Source: Felis catus (taxonomy: Eukaryota). Taken from it: DNA of 64,000 nucleotides. Shown here piece after piece: positions 26,815 through 40,963 of this stretch. The notes under the pieces are model-generated. The model did no database searches. It was not told the origin of the DNA and worked only from the letters and a program-made list of their open reading frames with translations. Numbering within the stretch: the stretch's first letter is position 1; every line of letters starts with the position of its first letter. The position numbers and the translations under genes are program-made. The stretch covers positions 163,744,001-163,808,000 of the forward strand of contig NC_058368.1 of the NCBI RefSeq assembly GCF_018350175.1. Direction: 5' to 3'.

Positions 26815-27005
26815 CTTATATTTAACGCTTATTTATTTTGAGAGAGAGCGCACATGTGCGGGAGTGAGAGAGAGAGAATCCCAAGGTGGCTTGGCACTGT
26901 TAGTGCAGAGTGGGACACGGGGCTCAGTCCCACAGAACCGTGAAATCATGACCTAAGCCAGAATTAAGAGTTGGGTACTTAACCCACTGAGCCACCTAGG
27001 CACCC
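26815..27005 (-). mobile_element. CanSINE
   Basis: Reverse-complement head gagccacctaggcaccc; possible TSD tcaatagc(t/c)attta. Confidence 0.88.
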
Positions 27006-28419
27006 TGTTCAATAGCCATTTAAAGGATTAACTAATGACACCCTCTAGAAATGAAGCCAGCAATGAAGTCTTAGAAAATTAGTTCAACCGTTATTTAACA
27101 TCCTCCATTAGTTTAAGAACTAAGCAGCAAAGAATTTTTTGTTTATTTTGCTTTCTGCATCATTCTTTTGAATGAGGTATTTCTATTTATGGACTCTCCA
27201 GATTCATACATCTTCCTGAACAGTCCCAGGTACTTAGATCCCTGGAATATAATGTTATGTGGCAAGTTCCTCTAGTCTAGCTTTCTTACACTTACCTACA
27301 TGAGAGAGTTATCATCTTTTAAGAATTGACGGAAGATGTTTCTCTAACTTTTCTTCAATACGTGACTCCAGATAAAGGGATTTTCTTGGTCTGTCATGAG
27401 TGGAAAACTTCATTACTTTTACTTCTGGCCAAAATCTGACTTGCTATGCAGAATTCCCCCATGATCAACCCTGAATTCAAATTCTGATAACTAATATTAA
27501 AATTCTAATAATAGTTAACAGTTATTAATTGCTTTTTAGGTACCAATCACTGTGCTAATCCTTTTTATGGATCAGTTCATTCCAACAAGCTTATAAGTAC
27601 CCTTTTTGTATATGTTTTATAGTTGAAGAGACAGATATTAGGCTGAGCTTCTAGGAACAACTCCCAAATCTTCATGTCAAAACTGGGCTGCCAAGTTGCT
27701 GCCTTGGCCACCATGGGAAAGTTGCCTGTCCAACTGAAGCTCTGCTCCTCCAGCTCTCAGCTTGAGAACCAAGCTCGCAACACGACTGCTCTGCTCCACT
27801 CTTTCCCTGCATACTCAGTTCCAAATTCAAGTCTCATATTTGTGTATCTGATTGATAGAGCCAGAACTCCCATCTGGAACGTACGCTGTTACAGAGTCTG
27901 GGACATGTACTCTTTACCTTTCTAGCTCTGTAGTACAGGAAAGAATACAAGAAGGGCATTGCAATAGATGTAGACCAAACTAATCTCCACTTTGTTACAG
28001 CAGAACCTCACTGTTGGGATTGGTTTATCAATGCCTACAGCAAGATTACAAATGCATTGTGGAGTGTGTCTCACTTTAGTTTCTACCTCTGAATTCACAA
28101 AATCCTCATATTGATTATCTTTAATACATCCATCTGAATGAGGTCGATTCCCATGATTCTTTAAGCTACTTTTCTCTTGTTCTTTTAAAAGCTCTAGTGA
28201 TTTCCAACATGGATAGTTTATTTCATAGTTCTTTTATTTAATTTTTGTAGAATCACAGATTTGCTAGTTTCTCAGTCACCTAGAAAAGTATAGTTTTCTG
28301 TGTCTCTGCTTCTTAGGGATATAAAGACTGTGTGGCCGAGCTCAGTATCCAGCCAAGACTTTTTGGAAGAGGAAACTCATGTCTCCATTACTGTTTGTTT
28401 TCATTTCTTTAAAAAAAAA

Positions 28420-28627
28420 TGTTTTAAATGTTTATTTATTTGAGAGAGAGAGAGATTGAGAGAGAGAGAGAGAGAGAGAGAACGGGCAGAGGAGGGGCAG
28501 AGAGAGAGGGAGACACAGAATCTGAAGCAGGCTCCAGGCTCTGAGTTGTCAACACAGAGCCCGACACAGGGCTCGAACTCACAAACCGAAGTCGGGCGCT
28601 TAACCTACTGAGCCACCCAGGTGCCCC
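28420..28627 (-). mobile_element. CanSINE with an internal deletion of about 20 nt
   Basis: cacaaac joins directly to cgaagtcggg; the neighbouring copy has tgcgagatcatgacccgagc in between. Confidence 0.9.
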
Positions 28628-28639
28628 TGTTTTGTTTTC

Positions 28640-28863
28640 TTTTTTTTTTAAATTTTTTAATGTTTATTTATTATTGAGAGACAGAGAGACAGAGAGCGTG
28701 AGCAGGGGAGAGGTAGAGAGAGGGGGAAACACAGAATCTGAAGTAGGCTCCAGGCTCTGAGCTGTCAGCACAGAGCCCAACGCGGGGCTCGAACTCACAA
28801 ACTGCGAGATCATGACCCGAGCTGAAGTTCGTCACTTAACCAACTGAGCCACCCAGGCACCCC
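28640..28863 (-). mobile_element. CanSINE, tandem to the previous copy
   Basis: Complete head, body and tail. Confidence 0.93.
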
Positions 28864-28902
28864 GTTGTTTTCTTACCAGTAGCATATGAAAGGTGTATCT
28901 CT

Positions 28903-29207
28903 GCACTGACCAATAGAAATATATTGTGAGCCACATATATAATTTAAAATTTTCTAGTAGCTACATAAAAAAACTAAAAAGTAATAGGTAAAATTATTTT
29001 AATAATATATTTTATTTAACCCACTATTTCTGACAGATTCTCATTTTAACATGTTGCAAATATGAAGAAATATTAATGAAATGTTTTACATATCTTGATA
29101 TTACGTCTTCCAGATTTAGTATATATTTTACACTCACAACACATCACTAGCCATATTTCAAGTGGAAAAGCTATGCGTGGCTAGAGGCTACCTACTGGAT
29201 AGTGCTG
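28903..29207. mobile_element. hAT-Charlie MITE, MER33-like
   Basis: Degenerate terminal inverted repeats gcactgaccaata / tactggatagtgc; internal gagccacatatataatttaaaattttctagtagc. Confidence 0.75.
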
Positions 29208-31790
29208 CTATAGCTAAAGAAAACTGCTTTACTTTTTTACTTGGCTTGGAATGTGACAGCGTAGTGTCTTCAGGAACTTACTATTTTGTATTACTGTAAC
29301 TCAGAGGTCCATGGAAGGGGAATTAATCTGTTAAATCACTTGTGATTTAATTAATCTGTTAAATTACTTGTGATGTGGACATGTAGCAGGAGGCTGGTGG
29401 CACCACATTCATTCTGCTCTCACCTACGTATTTTTAACCTCTTTAACTATGGATGGCCCAAACGTTGTAGCTGAAGAAAACTTTGTGACTGCTACGGTTT
29501 AGTCTAGACTTTTTAGTACCCACCACCCTGGGAACCTTATTTCTTTTAATGATATCCTTAATTGGATTGGATTTTTGGTGCATAAACTATAACATGGAAA
29601 GTACTTCTTTCTCATTACTCTTGTATAGTGAAATGGTGAACTTTTAGATCCTTTTGATGCACTGGACCTTAGCCAAAATAGTAATTCACAATATTTTGCT
29701 CCTTCATGGAACAGAAAGTCAGTATTCTCTAGAACTAGACATTTACTACTTATCACATTTCTCAGCTGTGCTGCCTGAAATTGTAATAGCTCCTGTCACT
29801 CATGTCCTGTGCCAAGTACAACAAGCTTGTCATTGAGGCCAGTAAAATCTATTCTACCCTAAGTTCAGAGAGTTTTCTTGCTTTCACGTCTCATTGTCAT
29901 TATGGAAGTTTCTTAGTGCAAGGTCAGTGGCTGTTGGATTTTTGGAAAAATTAATATTTGAGTTCCTTTTCGTATGAAGTAACACAGTAATTCTTATAGC
30001 AGAACTCCTGTTTTTGGTGACCAAGTCATTATGTCTTTGGGATATATCTCCTTTAGAAGGAATATCAAGAACTCACCATCTTATGACTGAGCTCCCAATT
30101 TGCCAAGGTTCATCCTATGGTGCTGTGTCAGTGAACAGATTTTAGTTCTTTGGGAGAAAATTAAAAGGAACCTAATGTATTTCTCTGAAGGCCAACCATG
30201 TTTCCACTTGTCTCTACCTTTTCTACATTATTTACTAGAGTTTCTTGCTATGCCATTGGGTTCTCTAAATAAATCTCTACCTCTCAGACCACTACTTCTA
30301 TGTTACATAGGAGTTGGTGTCTCCAATTCCATTATTCTCAGGTAACCTCCAGACAGCTAGATTTTACAGGTTCCAGCAGACTTCAGTTTCTTTATCTTGA
30401 AAATGAGGAGTTAAAAACTCATTCTTTTCCCTCTTTTTTTTTAAAGGGGATGAAAATGTCTAATGAATTGGTTACTTGTGACTCTCTCCCTCTGTTTCAA
30501 CACGTTCACCTGTAGACAGCCAGGAAGTTCTTTCTGGTTCATGTTAGTGATCATATAGTAGGGTTTATGTTTAAGATAATTTGGAGTCTCCTTATTCTTT
30601 ACTGTCAGGGCTAGGTATTCAGTTCCCTTCTCATCATAGTTTTTCTTTATGATCTCACTTACCTTTTTTATGTCTCTGCTTCGGTACAAAGCAAGTATTT
30701 TAGCATATGACAAAAGAATGTACTGAATATCCTTTACCTATGACACAATTGACCTGTGGTTTTAGGACTTGTGCATTGAGTTATTTTTTTATTTAGAAAA
30801 CAAAAGAAAACAAAATGGTCTTTGGAGAAAACTGGCACTTTTAGAGGTACAACTTGAGGCCTTGGAAGAGAACAAAGCTACCTGGTGAATGTGTTTAATG
30901 TGTTAAAAGAGCCATTAACTTTGGCAATAATCAACTGAGCCAAATAGGTGCAGAGTAAGGAAAAGATTACTTAGCACACAACACTTTGTTATCCTGAAAC
31001 TCTCCTCTGACGGTGTGTTTATCAGTGGTAAAATTCCAGGAGTGGTAGGAAAACAGCACCCAGTTCTACTTTCATTGATTATTCAGCCTAACAAGAGGTA
31101 TAGGAATTAGGTGATATCAAGAATATGTCATGCAAAGTTAGCACATTTCATTTTTCAATGTTTATAATTTGCTGGAAATAATGATACAAAATTTATGTCA
31201 TCATAATTTGAGTAATGGTGCTTTAACAGCTAGTTAGTTGGTTTCGGATGCCACCCCACAGAGCAAAATATTTGAGACTTCAACACTAGAGCAATGCTTA
31301 CTTTTAATTAAGAGTTAATTATAATTCGTTCAGTCATACCCCCTTCCCAGTTGCTCTCAGTTATGCTATGAAGGCCAAGCCCCCCAGCGATCCGTTATTA
31401 CCTCATCTCCATTCTGGGCTCGGTGTATTTGCCAGTATGATGCAATCTCCTGGCTCCTTGTACTGCCAAAGCTCCTGGTCCGTGGTCAGCACACTTGAAT
31501 CTATAAACTCTTGTCCGATTATTCATTTGTTTCCCTTGTTCCAGCAGAAATCCATCTCTTCCCAAAGGAGCTTCTTCTCCCTGTCTGGGTCTCAGAATCA
31601 TTTTCATTCTCTCTTTGTGTAAGCTAGTTATTTTCCTCCTTGTGCTCATCATGTTTTGTACTTATTTCATCCATTGATTTATCTTATTGCCAGTTGACAG
31701 TGAGACTCCTCCCCTAGAAGGTCAGTCTGTCAGTGAGGACAGAGACCCCGTTTACCAGGCAACTCTTTTCTAGGGCCTGAAGCATATTGA

Positions 31791-31831
31791 GAATGAATGA
31801 ATGAATGAATGAATGAATGAATGAATGAATG
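31791..31831. repeat. (GAAT)n microsatellite
   Basis: 10 units. Confidence 0.95.
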
Positions 31832-32284
31832 GTTATAGAGCTAAATGTTTGAAAATATTTTTAAAACGAATTCTATTTTTTGACTAAGTATGTGGATGCT
31901 GTGGTCACCAGTTTTACCTGATAAATTGAGGATTTGTCATTAGATAATGGCCTATTGCTGCTAAATAAATACATTCTGTATAGGTTTGTCGGGTGGCCAC
32001 ATTTATTTTACTTGGTTTCTGAAGCATTTAGACTTCGCAGCAGGACATGTTAGGGTAGTGATCCTATGTGACATAGCATGTTTGTTTATTCTCAGTAAAA
32101 AGTTGGAAATTTTACCTCTCTAGGAATGCACAGAATAGCACCTACAACTGCTTTAGCTGAACCGATGTATACACAATTCTAAGCTGCTACTACATTTCAA
32201 GCCAGGTATAAACAGGTCCTGGGGTAAAAACATCACAGTTTAGGACCGAAAATGGATGCCATATGAGGAAAGAGGCACCTCCTA

Positions 32285-32504
32285 TTTTTCTTAAAAAATT
32301 TTTCACGTTTATTTATTTTTGAGACACAGAGACAGAGCATGCTCAGGGGAAGGGCAGAGAGAGAGGGAGACACAGACTATGAAGCAGGCTCCAGGCCCTG
32401 AGCTGTCAGCACAGAGCCTAACGTGGGGCTGGAACTCACACACGGAGAGAGCATGACCTGAGCTAAAGTTGGACGCTTAGCCAGCTGAGCCACCTGGATG
32501 CCCC
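32285..32504 (-). mobile_element. CanSINE with TSD acctcctattt
   Basis: Typical body; flanking direct repeat. Confidence 0.92.
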
Positions 32505-35500
32505 AGAAACCTCCTATTTCTTTTCAGGACTGTAGTGGAAGGGGTAGCTCTGTTATAGCTACTACATTTTGTTCAGTTAAAACCCTGTCATGGAACTTAA
32601 AATGTCTGTATTACTTCAGGGCTTAGAAATTCCTAAGTAAGATTTTAAAGAAAGATGATGAACGCATGTACATACACACACACACACAAATTCCTTTCAA
32701 AAGATCAGGAAGGTGTTCTCATGAAAAAAACAAAACAAAACATCATCATCAGTATATTTTTATGGAAGTCCCATAATTAACTAATTCACAGTAAATATAA
32801 TAATGCTGAACCAACTAGGGCTATATATAACTCCATTGGTCCAATTAGTATCAGATTTCACATGTAATTAACACTCCAGAGGAAAGTGAGAGAAGCTAGA
32901 GTGAAAAGTCCATACGAAAGTAGAGCAAAACTATTGGATCACATTACCTTATGTTGTTGCAAAGAGTAGAGAAAAGATTCCCCAAAACACAATTCAGTTT
33001 ATTTTACAGCATAGAAAAATACAGCATGGATCATTTAAAAATAAAGTCATAATTACAGTGACTACAATTGAACAGATTCACTGAGCAAAACATTTTATTT
33101 TTATCTACAAGTTGAGAAACTGATGAAGCATAAAGGACAAATATGTATAATCAGTTGGAAAGTTGTCTGAGAGGGGGATTTTAGCAAAATAAAAGATTTG
33201 ATGTGGTTCAATGGCATTCACCCAAGAGAGTTCCTGTTTCAAACTTACATTCATAACATAACACTTCATTGCTTTGCTGCTAAATCAACACAGTAGGGGA
33301 GCTCTACAGAAGGTCAAGCTCGAATCCAGTACCTTTTAAAGTCTCCAAAAAAAGGGGTCTCCTGTTTTATATTTATAATTTTAATTACATATTTCTATAC
33401 TTTCCTCATAATCTTAAGTTATACTGTAATTTATTGTGTTACGTGGTAAACTTTCTAAAGTGTGGGGTAGTTGATTACACTCTTATGAGCTCAGGAAAAA
33501 TAACAATTTCTCAAGAACTGTTACCTAAGTAAACTGTTTTGAAATCTGTTTTGGGGCTGAGTCTGCATAGTACAACAATAAAGGTGAGGTAACTAAATAT
33601 TTGAAAAGCCAAATGATTTTTTACAGGCAGTACAGGTAGTTGGTGACAGAGCTAGAACTTGGGTCACAGGCTGCAGCTTACAAGTGGTGGTCAGTGGCTG
33701 CTTTGGCTATAAGTAATAAAGTCTTGTCTCAGACACAGGGATCTCATGGACTTCTGCAAGCATCCACGGAACCATGACAGGCAAACACACTAAATTGTGT
33801 AGTCATTTTAATGGGAATTCTTTGGATTCTAGAGCTCCTCTATACCATTAAACTTGTTTAAGTAGGATAAAATCTCAACCAGTGACTTCCCAAAGACTCC
33901 ATTTTTCTGAAAATAAAACCCTTCTTCCTCCTGCTCCACTCCAAACAAACACAGAGTTAGGGCTGCTGAGCTCTCAGAATCTGTTTTCTTGTAATGTAAA
34001 CCCATTGTTTTGGTCATGAGTAACTGGTCTCTTTGAATTCGTTAGAATTGGTATTGAAAGAACAAAATTATTCTTTCATGGGGAACTGGACCTGAGAGCA
34101 TATGTACTGGAAGCTGTGAGCTAAAATCATGTTCTTCCAAGTGGATGACAAAGCAGAGAATACCATTTTGTACATTATTCATAAGATGACATATGTCTTA
34201 CTTTGCCTGAGACATTCCCTGCTTATATCCGTTGTCTCAGTATAATTATTCGTAGTGTCTTCTCTCAAAATGGCCTGATTTGGAAGCTAAATTATATGGT
34301 CACCCTAATCACTCATGACTCTGATGGCAAATGATAGAAGCTGGACTTGAACAGCAGCCACCTTGATATCTCCTGGGGTTCCACCATCCAAAGTAAGACA
34401 CAACTTTCAAGCACTTGGAAAGAGTGGCAAGACAGCATTTTCCTCTTTGTGGGAGCAAGTCCCTCTGAAATGGGAAGTCTCCTGTATCTTATCTTTGGTC
34501 AGGGGGAGCTCTGTTTTGACTTTGGTTCTCTTATAAGTGTTTCTGTGTAGGCCCTTGCTTACATAACACTTCATTGGTGATATGCAGAGTAGCTCACCCT
34601 ACCATGTTGACCCTAGATATGATTGCTACATAGGCTGTTCTACCTTATGCTCTGGCTGTTGACTTTATGAATGAGGAGGCTAGGCAATCTTCACATGTAG
34701 ATACTGTCTACAAGAGGCCATGACTGTCATTGGAATTTTGACCACAATTCATGCATTCATTCTCTATAACGACTAAAGTCAACCTGCAGGGAGAAAGAAG
34801 AAGTGGATGCACAAAAGCGGTAGCACAGAGAGAGATGATACCTCAGGTTTCTTCCTAATGCTTTGATCACCATTGAAGCTACCTCTGAGGTGCATTCTTG
34901 CCTTAATTTCCATAGATGCCACCATTTTTCATAATTATAATACCTTTATGCTTACGTCTACTCCAAAACCTTTCGGTAACTGTCAACCCTTAAAGTCCTA
35001 ATGCAACTTAGAATCTAAATTCATAATTAGAAGATTTAATTTTCATCTGTGATCAGGTCAGTAGCTGGAATTCATTTATTTATGCTTTTCCACATGAATA
35101 TTGAATACTTAATGTATGCTAGACAGTGTGCTAGTTTCAGGGAATACAGTAAGACAGACATATTCCTACCTCCCTGAAGTCATCACACCTGGAATTAAAA
35201 ACATGAGAACCTCCTCACTCTGCTTCAAAAGATTGATCAAATAATCCACTAGCATAATTCAGAACCTTGTTTATGCATCCTGGGTATTCATAGCCTGTGA
35301 AGAGTCACTGAAATGAAAATCTCTGCTTAAGAATGGGTTCCATTCTAAAAAGACAGGTTTGGAAACATATGAGGGATATTTTTAAGCCAAAAAGATACAT
35401 GCATAAATATTGTATATGTAAGCTGTGAGGAATTGTTAGTATAGAGTGGTTACTTTTTTAAAAAATATGCTTTATAGGTTCATTAGCTTTTACATCCCAC

Positions 35501-36249
35501 TATGTACACGTCTTTGAAATGGTTTTATATGGTTGTTACATGGGTTGGAATGGAAAACAGAATTGTACTCTGGAGAAAGTATTTTTTCTCAGAAGTCAGG
35601 GTGGGTATGGAGAAATTGTTCCAAGCCCAGGAAGAAGCTTGAGAGGGATTGGGAGGCAAGGGATCATTGAGATCATTTTCTCAGGCTAAGTGGGTGAGGC
35701 AAATAAGGAAATAGACTGACTGCCTGCAGTTCTCTTCTAATTCATTGTGCTCTTTGATATTTCTTAATTTATCTTCACTAAATGTAATTCCCAAGTACAG
35801 AACAGTCCAGGGGTTTTCTTTTATAGTGTGCACATTAAGTCAACAGATGAGGCAGAACAAGAATTGGAGCGAGATCAGCACTACTTGGGCCCATCAGGGA
35901 CCTCCTGAGAACAATGTGGGCTTAGTTTAGGACTTCTAGGAATACTGATGGAAAATCTTCCAAGTTTATCAAGGAGTTGGGCTAGCAGAGTTTAGACAAC
36001 TATAGGCCAGTCTTTGGGTTCTAAATAGGCAACATTATGCAGCATATGACCCACAAAACCTGAAACTATATTTGGCTCTCTCTATTAAGCCCACTTAAGA
36101 TGGAAACCCTGATGGAATGTTCCTTTATTCTCTACCTGTGGGTAGTGAAATGGAGACAAGATGTATTCCCTCAGGAAGAGTCCACAGAGACGTGACTATT
36201 GGCTGACAATCCTTGCTAATGATATTGATAATCGTATTGAGAGTTCATC

Positions 36250-36430
36250 AGGGACACTCACTGTTCCAGTGCTTTTTGTACACTATTCATATAATTCTCA
36301 CAAACACATGTGACAGATACTATTATCCCCATTTATAGATGAGGAAGCTAAAGCAGGGAGGGTTAAAGTTTACCTGTGTAAAGTCACAGCCAGGAAGTGA
36401 CAGAGCTAAAATTTGAACTTGGGCCTTCTG
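36250..36430 (-). mobile_element. MIR remnant (others at about 47340-47560, 49140-49240, 49440-49600 and 59340-59500)
   Basis: MIR core tattatccccatttatagatgaggaagctaaag...aagtcacagc. Confidence 0.7.
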
Positions 36431-38483
36431 GCTATAGAGAACAGACTTTAATAATTTTTTCGCTACTCCTAATGGTAGTAGGCTGGTGGCAGCCAGTTCT
36501 TGGTCCACAGTAGGTGCTCAATGAATAAATAATTGACTAACTGACCACTGGACTCATGGCAAGCTCTCTTTGATTTGCCAAAAGGTGGGCTAATCCTAAA
36601 ATGTGTGGTCAGATAGTGCATATGTAGAAGACTGGCCCTGCCCTTTCCTCTCCATATTGTATCTATTAAAGATGGAAACCTTGTGGATCTTGAGAAATGT
36701 TCTTAATCTTATACCTAAAAAGTTCTTTTTGAGTCACATATCCCTTGAAAATCATATAAAAGCTTAAAATTGTCTACACATAAAAATGCTCACACAAATT
36801 TTTTTGGCATAATGTATGGTACTGTTTAGAGCTCTAGAATCTTCCAGGAATAGCAACAGTAGTTTTTGAGGAGTAACTTTGAACATTGATACCTTTTACT
36901 TTCAAGTGAGTTATACAACTGCTTAATTCAGGGAAAATTGTATTCACATTTTATTGAGGTAGTTGCTTTTGTTTTTCCCCTTCAGGAGAAAGCTCTGTGC
37001 CAGTGTTACAGTTGGCTGTGGTCACTAGCTGGCTGCCTGGTAACGGCACAGTTTGTGCATTCCATGGCGGAGCTCCAAAGAGGCCGAGTGCTCCACTGGG
37101 GAGCGGATGTATGAGCTCCAGGTTTCTGACATGAACATTACTGATGATGCCCCTGCTGAAAGACCTCATTATTGTCATGGCAAATACTGGGAGAACAAAG
37201 AGACCATTGTCAGAACAGAGGACTATCTGTTATTGTTAATTGAATATTTTTGATTATGGTATTAGGTTGGTTAGGGTATTACGGCATGTCTTTGGGGGGG
37301 CATGGGTTCATTTGTGCAGCTTCTTTTAATCCAGGAACTAAGTAGCACATGCTCACACACTCACGCGTCCTTTATCTGAGTTGTGGTGAATGACAGCTGC
37401 AAACTGTTGCCATCTATTTGAAGAGTTCACAGTCTTTGGGGGAGAGGGCAGAGGTGAGGAGTGTATGAAAAATGGCATGAATTTTGATATCTTTTTCACA
37501 TTTAAGATTCTCTGTAAAATGATATAATTTGAATCAACACGAAGGTCTTCATGAGATTGTAGAGATATAAACATGATTTATTGCTGGAATCGATGTGTTT
37601 CCAATCTCAGGCAAAGAGTAGAAGCATTGGACAACTTCGGATAGTGGGTGATTACATTATCTCTGTGAAACCACACATTCTTTATAACAATGAAGAGCTG
37701 TAGGATGAGTGAAAACAACACTGGATGGAGGGATGAAGACCCGGATTCAGTTCCTGGTCTTTCATTAACAACCTTTGTGATCTTCAACAGGCAACTCCCT
37801 CCCTGAGATTTCGCCATAAACAGGGGTTGAGCTGTAAGGTCTTTGTGAGCTCTGAAATACTATTATTTTGTGAACAAACAAGACCTTAAGTTTTTATTAT
37901 TGTTTTCAGTTGTTCCAGGGCACTTAAATCTGACAATTGAACTCCCTGAAACTTGTTTTCCTTGTTCCATTAGTAAGGGCATGGGACTTCCAAGTGCATC
38001 ACAACATCATGGCTCCACACTGGGATTGTTCCACTAAGAAATGAGGTTACTACTTAGAATTTACTTTTGAATTTCTCTGAATGTTACTTCCAGGGCAGGA
38101 CATTCTTGACTTATTTTGTGTTTTCCCTTTGCAGTGTGACAGATATTCAGGTAATAATTCAGGTAATCATACAATGCATTTTTTGAGTTTGCTCCCCTAA
38201 ATTCAGCCTACTTCCTTCCTTATTTTTATAGCAATAATTGTTATTATTTTCTTTCATCTGCAAAGTCCTGGGAGGTAGTTGGGTTAGTTGATTGTAGGAT
38301 GACCTGACAGAGAGGACCTTGTTTAGCTGCATTATTTATTCACCATTTAAGTCACTTCATTTCCATGATCTTAATTTTTCCAAATATCAGCTTCCCATAT
38401 CATGGCCTATAGGCATTCTGGGAAGCCTACAGTCAAAGGAAAGAATGGAAAATTTAGCAAAGAATACAAAAAAGAAATTAACT

Positions 38484-38489
38484 TTTATT
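38484..38489 (-). terminator. Candidate polyadenylation signal AATAAA of the PH-domain gene
   Basis: First AATAAA I found on the minus strand, about 300 nt after the stop, followed by a U-rich tract (tttcttttttgtattcttt). A second AATAAA lies at 38335-38340. Confidence 0.5.
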
Positions 38490-38786
38490 GAATTTATGCT
38501 TTCAAAAGACATGGGTATGGAACATACTATTTTTTGATGCTAACACGAGCAGCCTGAGGGGCAGAAACGTGAGATATTAATGATGTTGATAGATATTCTA
38601 TTTTCTGAATGTCACATTAGATGTTGGTGCTTTGGTTCAAAAACAAAGTGATAATATTATCACAAAATTTTAATGTTTTGGAGGAACATTCAGTTGAATG
38701 CTATGTAATAAAAAATGTTTTTGTTTCTTCCCACAACAGGCTGGTAGTGATTTTGTGGGTCCTTTCTCTTAAGATTAGGGTTTCTT

Positions 38787-38886
38787 TTACATTCTGGTCT
38801 CCTCTAGAGGTCGATTCATGAAGTCTTGAATAGCCTGATGCAAAGGAAGCCACTTTTTGATAGATGCTTTCAGCGCTGTAATCCAG
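38787..38886 (-). CDS. PDZPH1: Last coding exon (R-WITALKASIKKWLPLHQAIQDFMNRPLEETRM*)
   Basis: Acceptor gttatttctacAG; phase 2 start completes Arg and gives the PH2 Trp helix (NQRWITAL); TAA at 38787-38789. Confidence 0.85.
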
Positions 38887-40827
38887 CTGTAGAAATAACA
38901 GTACAGGACAGTTCATTTTAAAAAAAATTGGACTGTAGGAAGATGAAATGTTAAAAAATCGTTTAAATTTATTTTCTAATAATTTCTCTCGGTTATTTAG
39001 TTTGAAATCAATATAGTAAACCCTCATCCTTAGGTTTGGATTGAATGAAAGGTAAAACACCAAATGCAGAGTATGTAATGTTTAGCAAAGAAGTAAAACT
39101 ATGTTCATATAAATACTAGGATGAGAAGAATGTTCAATGTTTGTAGACAGTGATTAATGGAGCTATAGGGCTTTTGCAATTATTAATAGTACTTTACTGT
39201 TCCTATAGAAATTTCAAATTCAGTTGATCAAATATAGAGTTATCAAATATTGCCATTAGGGCAAAATATTCCTTTATTACATTCTATTAACCACAGCAAA
39301 CTCTCTAGGTTAGCTCCCCTCTGTTTTCTATTTCCTTCTTTTCATTTTATTTTGTGATGGTTTATAACGTGTACACATATAGAATTTATTCTAAGGGTAA
39401 TTAGCACGTGTCATGTTTTTAAAAGAAAGGTTGGGTCAGATAAGCTTGGGTAGTGGGAGTTATGAAGAGCTAACCAGGATTCTTTCTAGCAGGGTGTGTC
39501 AGGAACATTGATAAGTTTATATGTTTTGTGATTCTCTAAGATGGAAATATGATATGTATCATTTCCTAAAAACTATTTTGCAGGAGTAGGGCATCTTGTG
39601 GAGCCAGAATTCCATGAACCACACTTTGCAAAACTCTACTCGTTTGCTTTGAAGTATTTCTCTAGTGACTCACTATTGCTTCCTATCGATAATATTGACT
39701 CATGGATTTGGCAGTGAAATCTAACTGTTCAACCTCCACTCTTAGAGAAGACAGTGGATTTTAACAGATAAGGGTTAATTTTATTTTACTGACCCTTTTT
39801 CTAATATGCCAGCTGGAGTCTTACCTTCAAGGGAACCATCTTAGTTTGCCACCCAGATTGTATAGCATAAGCCCAAGGAAAAAGATCTTGGCAAAATATC
39901 TAGCAATTCTATATTCATTAACCTCCCACTCTAGCCTATCCTTAGGAATGAGTGGTGCAGACAAGGTTTACATAATGGGAGAAGGTAGGGAGACTCCTCT
40001 CTTCCCTAAAGGTTACTGGCTAGAAATCCTGAAATTCTACTTTCAGAGTTTATTTCTTTGAGTTAAAGCAATGCATTTGGTTCTTGTAAATACCCCTGGA
40101 AATTTTACCATGTCCTCTGTTTTAATAAATGACTGTGAATTTCTTTATTAGATCTTTTTAACCCAGACAGTTGGGAGAAAGCATCTGGATGAGGTGAGGG
40201 ATGGTCATCAAGTAGTTGATAGTAGGAATGAGAGATGGAGGGCACAGGACGTCTTGAGTACTGAAATTAGATGGAGGAAGATCCTCTAGGTACCAGAGAA
40301 TCCTTCTTATGCCTCATGGTTTTGTCTCTTTTGACTCTACTGCTATTTTTTCCCCCAAATCATCATGAACCCAAGTGCCCATGTGTGCATGTCAAAGTGG
40401 ATACTGAACATATTGAATTAGATAGGTAAGTTCTATATCCTTCAATGGCTTATAACAAAGCCAAACAACTGACCAAATTCGGATGGACATATCAATAAGA
40501 GTTATATGAAAGGAGGTGAGACAGCAAATCTGAATTAATAACATAATATTCATGGAAAACTGTGTTAGTAGATTTTTTTTAAGTCTGAGCCCATTGCCTT
40601 GGGGAGAATTGTGGACTCCTTTTCCACTTAAAAAAGTACTTCTGGAGGAATCATCTTCTAGGCATTGCAAGAAAAAACAATCCTGGGGAGTATTAGCTAT
40701 GAAGACTATGCAAGAAAGGGAGAGAGTTAACTGAAGATGGGAACTGAAGTTGGAGAGTAAGGGTAAGGGTTTTGCTAAGAAGACTTATCAAAGCAGATGA
40801 AGAAGAAATATGCAGACCTTGACTTAC

Positions 40828-40963
40828 CGTTGGTTTTCTGTATTATTTTCTGCACAGAAATAGAAAGTCTTGAACTCTTCAGATGGAGGTTTGAGTTCAA
40901 TTACTGACTGCTTGAAGCTAAGGATCTGCTCATTCACCCTGTATCCTTGCAGATATAGACCAC
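40828..40963 (-). CDS. PDZPH1: Coding exon: core of PH2 (G-GLYLQGYRVNEQILSFKQSVIELKPPSEEFKTFYFCAENNTENQ-R)
   Basis: Strong acceptor ttctttcaccctctgtAG and donor acgGTaagt; 136 nt, phase 1 to 2; PH motifs 'G.L.L.GY.V' and 'TFYFCAE'. Not in the ORF track; found by manual translation. Confidence 0.88.
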
